Below are positions 25,329-26,956 of a stretch of DNA of 26,956 bases, one piece after another (within the stretch, counting starts at the first letter, position 1; each line of letters opens with the position of its first letter). The stretch covers positions 1-26,956 of the IMG/VR virus record IMGVR_UViG_3300011441_000032; one strand, given 5' to 3'. This DNA is from a virus (taxonomy: Duplodnaviria > Caudoviricetes). Below the pieces are notes generated by a model. It did not search any database, was not told the origin of the DNA, and saw only the letters and a program-made list of their open reading frames with translations. Made by a program: the position numbers and the translations under genes.

Positions 25329-25928
25329 TTATGTAACTGTCAAAACAGCATTAGAAGAAAAGACGTTCGCTGCACTACCTGTCATTACTCTAACGCGATA
25401 AATCTCACCATTCAGGCCAGTTACGTCAGAAATCACCATCGCAGCAGTTGTCACAAGGGTATAAATAGAATTGGCCGAAATATCAGCAAATGATGCCCCA
25501 CCCCAACGTTGCCATTGATAAGTCACAGTATTGGCCGGATAAGCGTTAGCAACCACACGGAACGTTGCAGGAGCAGGGTCCGCAGCAGTGTTGTTGATAG
25601 GTTGTGTCGTAATATAGAGCGAAACGTCGCCATGAGTATCTGTGTTAAAACCACCAGCAACAAGGCATTCTTGTTGAACACGACCGGCGCGGCCCCCGGT
25701 GCCGATCTTACGAAGAATCCAGCCTGTATGAGGAATAGAGCCAAAAGTGTTAGCCATTTGGTTAGCAGCAACACCAAAAACACCTACACGCTCACCTGTA
25801 ACAAATGAATCAGGGGTGTTATTGTTATATAAAGCATCGCGATTTGCAGTATTGACACTTTTATTGACTTGTGCCGTCACCCAAATAGGGGCATTGTTTG
25901 TTTGGTCTATTGCACCATGTTGTGCCAT
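25329..25928 (-). CDS. virion structural protein with C-terminal Ig-like domain (head-decoration type)
   Basis: H.GW...G.GGRAGRVQ.E.LVA, then ITTQP..ATF.V..YQWQ..YRV.V..S..AVLTV; late promoter upstream. Confidence 0.75.
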   Translation of the reverse strand: MAQHGAIDQTNNAPIWVTAQVNKSVNTANRDALYNNNTPDSFVTGERVGVFGVAANQMANTFGSIPHTGWILRKIGTGGRAGRVQQECLVAGGFNTDTHGDVSLYITTQPINNTAADPAPATFRVVANAYPANTVTYQWQRWGGASFADISANSIYTLVTTAAMVISDVTGLNGEIYRVRVMTGSAANVFSSNAVLTVT

Positions 25929-26830
25929 TATTTCTTATCCTTTTTAGTAAGACTATGTTTCTCTGTATTTATATGTTGTGGAAAATGAACAAGACTTCCC
26001 ATTTGTGGAATATGCGTAACCTCTGACCCTGGATGATCCCTGTTTATAGACATAGCCGCATGTTTATAAATTCTATCTCTTTCTTCACTATTACCATTCA
26101 TATGAAGTAAAGATGGTTTTTGTGTTTTTACGAATGTTTTGATACGACCTAGAACACTCCAAAGTAATGTCCTACCTGATTCTCCCCCGGCAGACTTAGA
26201 TTTTACCTTTTTATCTACCCAAAAATGAACTTTATAAGCATTTTCAGCAGCCCCGATTTTATCATATCTAATTGTAACCTTATGATTTTGATGAGAATAG
26301 CTATCCTGAAATCCTCTATATTTTCCAGATTTTTTCTTTTCAGCATCTTCATTCATTTTATGTTTTGGAAATGTTACAACAACCTTTTTCTTTTGGTGTT
26401 TAACTCTTCCACTATATTTTTCTGCGAAACGATTAGCAGCCCTATCATAAAGATGCCTTTTATATTGCTGAATTAATGGATTAGCATCATATGCCTCAAA
26501 ATGATAAGCATGAGGATTGATTTCTTTTTTGAATTTATGTGCTGAATCTCTAACACTTAGAAGGATTTTTAGTCCTGTAACTGGATGAAAATTTGGCTTT
26601 ATCGCTCTACTAAAATCATCGTTGACTTTAAAATCAACATCATAAGCATTCTTACCGCGATTTGTATACATAACATTAACATGCTGACCATCAACATGAT
26701 AATGATGCTCAAACCCAGCTGTTGTTTGTTGGAGCTTAGAATGAAAATCGCTTGGAGTCGTCTTCTTAAAGGAAAAGAGCTTACCAAATTTTTTAATTAG
26801 ATCGCCAACAACTTTTTCAGTGATAAGCAT
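25928..26830 (-). CDS. putative capsid-internal protein with two tandem paralogous domains
   Basis: MLITE leader; internal duplication aa ~39-161 and ~173-290. Confidence 0.7.
   Translation of the reverse strand: MLITEKVVGDLIKKFGKLFSFKKTTPSDFHSKLQQTTAGFEHHYHVDGQHVNVMYTNRGKNAYDVDFKVNDDFSRAIKPNFHPVTGLKILLSVRDSAHKFKKEINPHAYHFEAYDANPLIQQYKRHLYDRAANRFAEKYSGRVKHQKKKVVVTFPKHKMNEDAEKKKSGKYRGFQDSYSHQNHKVTIRYDKIGAAENAYKVHFWVDKKVKSKSAGGESGRTLLWSVLGRIKTFVKTQKPSLLHMNGNSEERDRIYKHAAMSINRDHPGSEVTHIPQMGSLVHFPQHINTEKHSLTKKDKK
25966..25973 (-). promoter_or_regulatory. T4 late promoter TATAAATA
   Basis: exact consensus 38 nt upstream of the structural gene start. Confidence 0.7.
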
Positions 26831-26874
26831 TAAAATCCAAATGTCTTTCTGCGGTTTTTTTGACTGTCAATGTA

Positions 26875-26882
26875 TATTTAGT
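26875..26882 (-). promoter_or_regulatory. candidate late promoter variant ACTAAATA
   Basis: 45 nt upstream of the 300-aa gene start. Confidence 0.4.
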
Positions 26883-26956
26883 AAAGGGGTTTAAACCTCA
26901 AACTCACCCTGATTTTTCCTGAACTTCCACCACATCTTCTTGGGTTTCTTGGGTCT

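Noticed and set aside
1547-26800. All plus-strand ORFs and nested minus-strand ORFs in the track
   Set aside because: They are shadows of tightly tiled minus-strand genes and carry no recognisable motifs
1-26956. Genome-wide stop-codon reassignment
   Set aside because: Conserved genes are full length in the standard code, and TAA, TAG and TGA all end genes, often in ATGA/TAATG overlaps
26883-26956. 3' end of an upstream gene
   Set aside because: All three minus frames are open at the window edge; cannot choose one

Overview
Segment of a large T4-like (myovirus-type) lytic phage genome. It is AT-rich and densely packed, with essentially every gene on the minus strand. In transcription order (right to left): a late/virion block (Ig-domain structural protein, fibre-like protein, putative capsid-internal proteins, one with a T4-type capsid-targeting sequence); a candidate sRNA; tRNA-Trp and tRNA-His; gp61-like primase; a GatB-tail-like protein; class II (B12) ribonucleotide reductase; a degenerate tRNA-Glu-like gene; GIY-YIG nuclease; AAA+ ATPase; RNA ligase; two metallophosphoesterases; a Thr (Ntn) protease; ThyX; dCMP deaminase; a P-loop kinase; a glycosyltransferase; PhoH; and a PD-(D/E)xK exonuclease, among many small hypotheticals. 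The tRNA-His (no G-1, G1.U72, A73) points to an alphaproteobacterial host. The most notable signals are: (i) an ~80-nt promoter-to-hairpin unit with an anti-Shine-Dalgarno CUCCUCCC loop, like rhizobial regulatory sRNAs; (ii) three genes whose strong SD is spaced for an AUU start; (iii) a cluster of His-rich, apparently protease-processed ejected head proteins; (iv) a spread of translation/tRNA-related functions. All calls are by-eye motif recognition; no searches were run.
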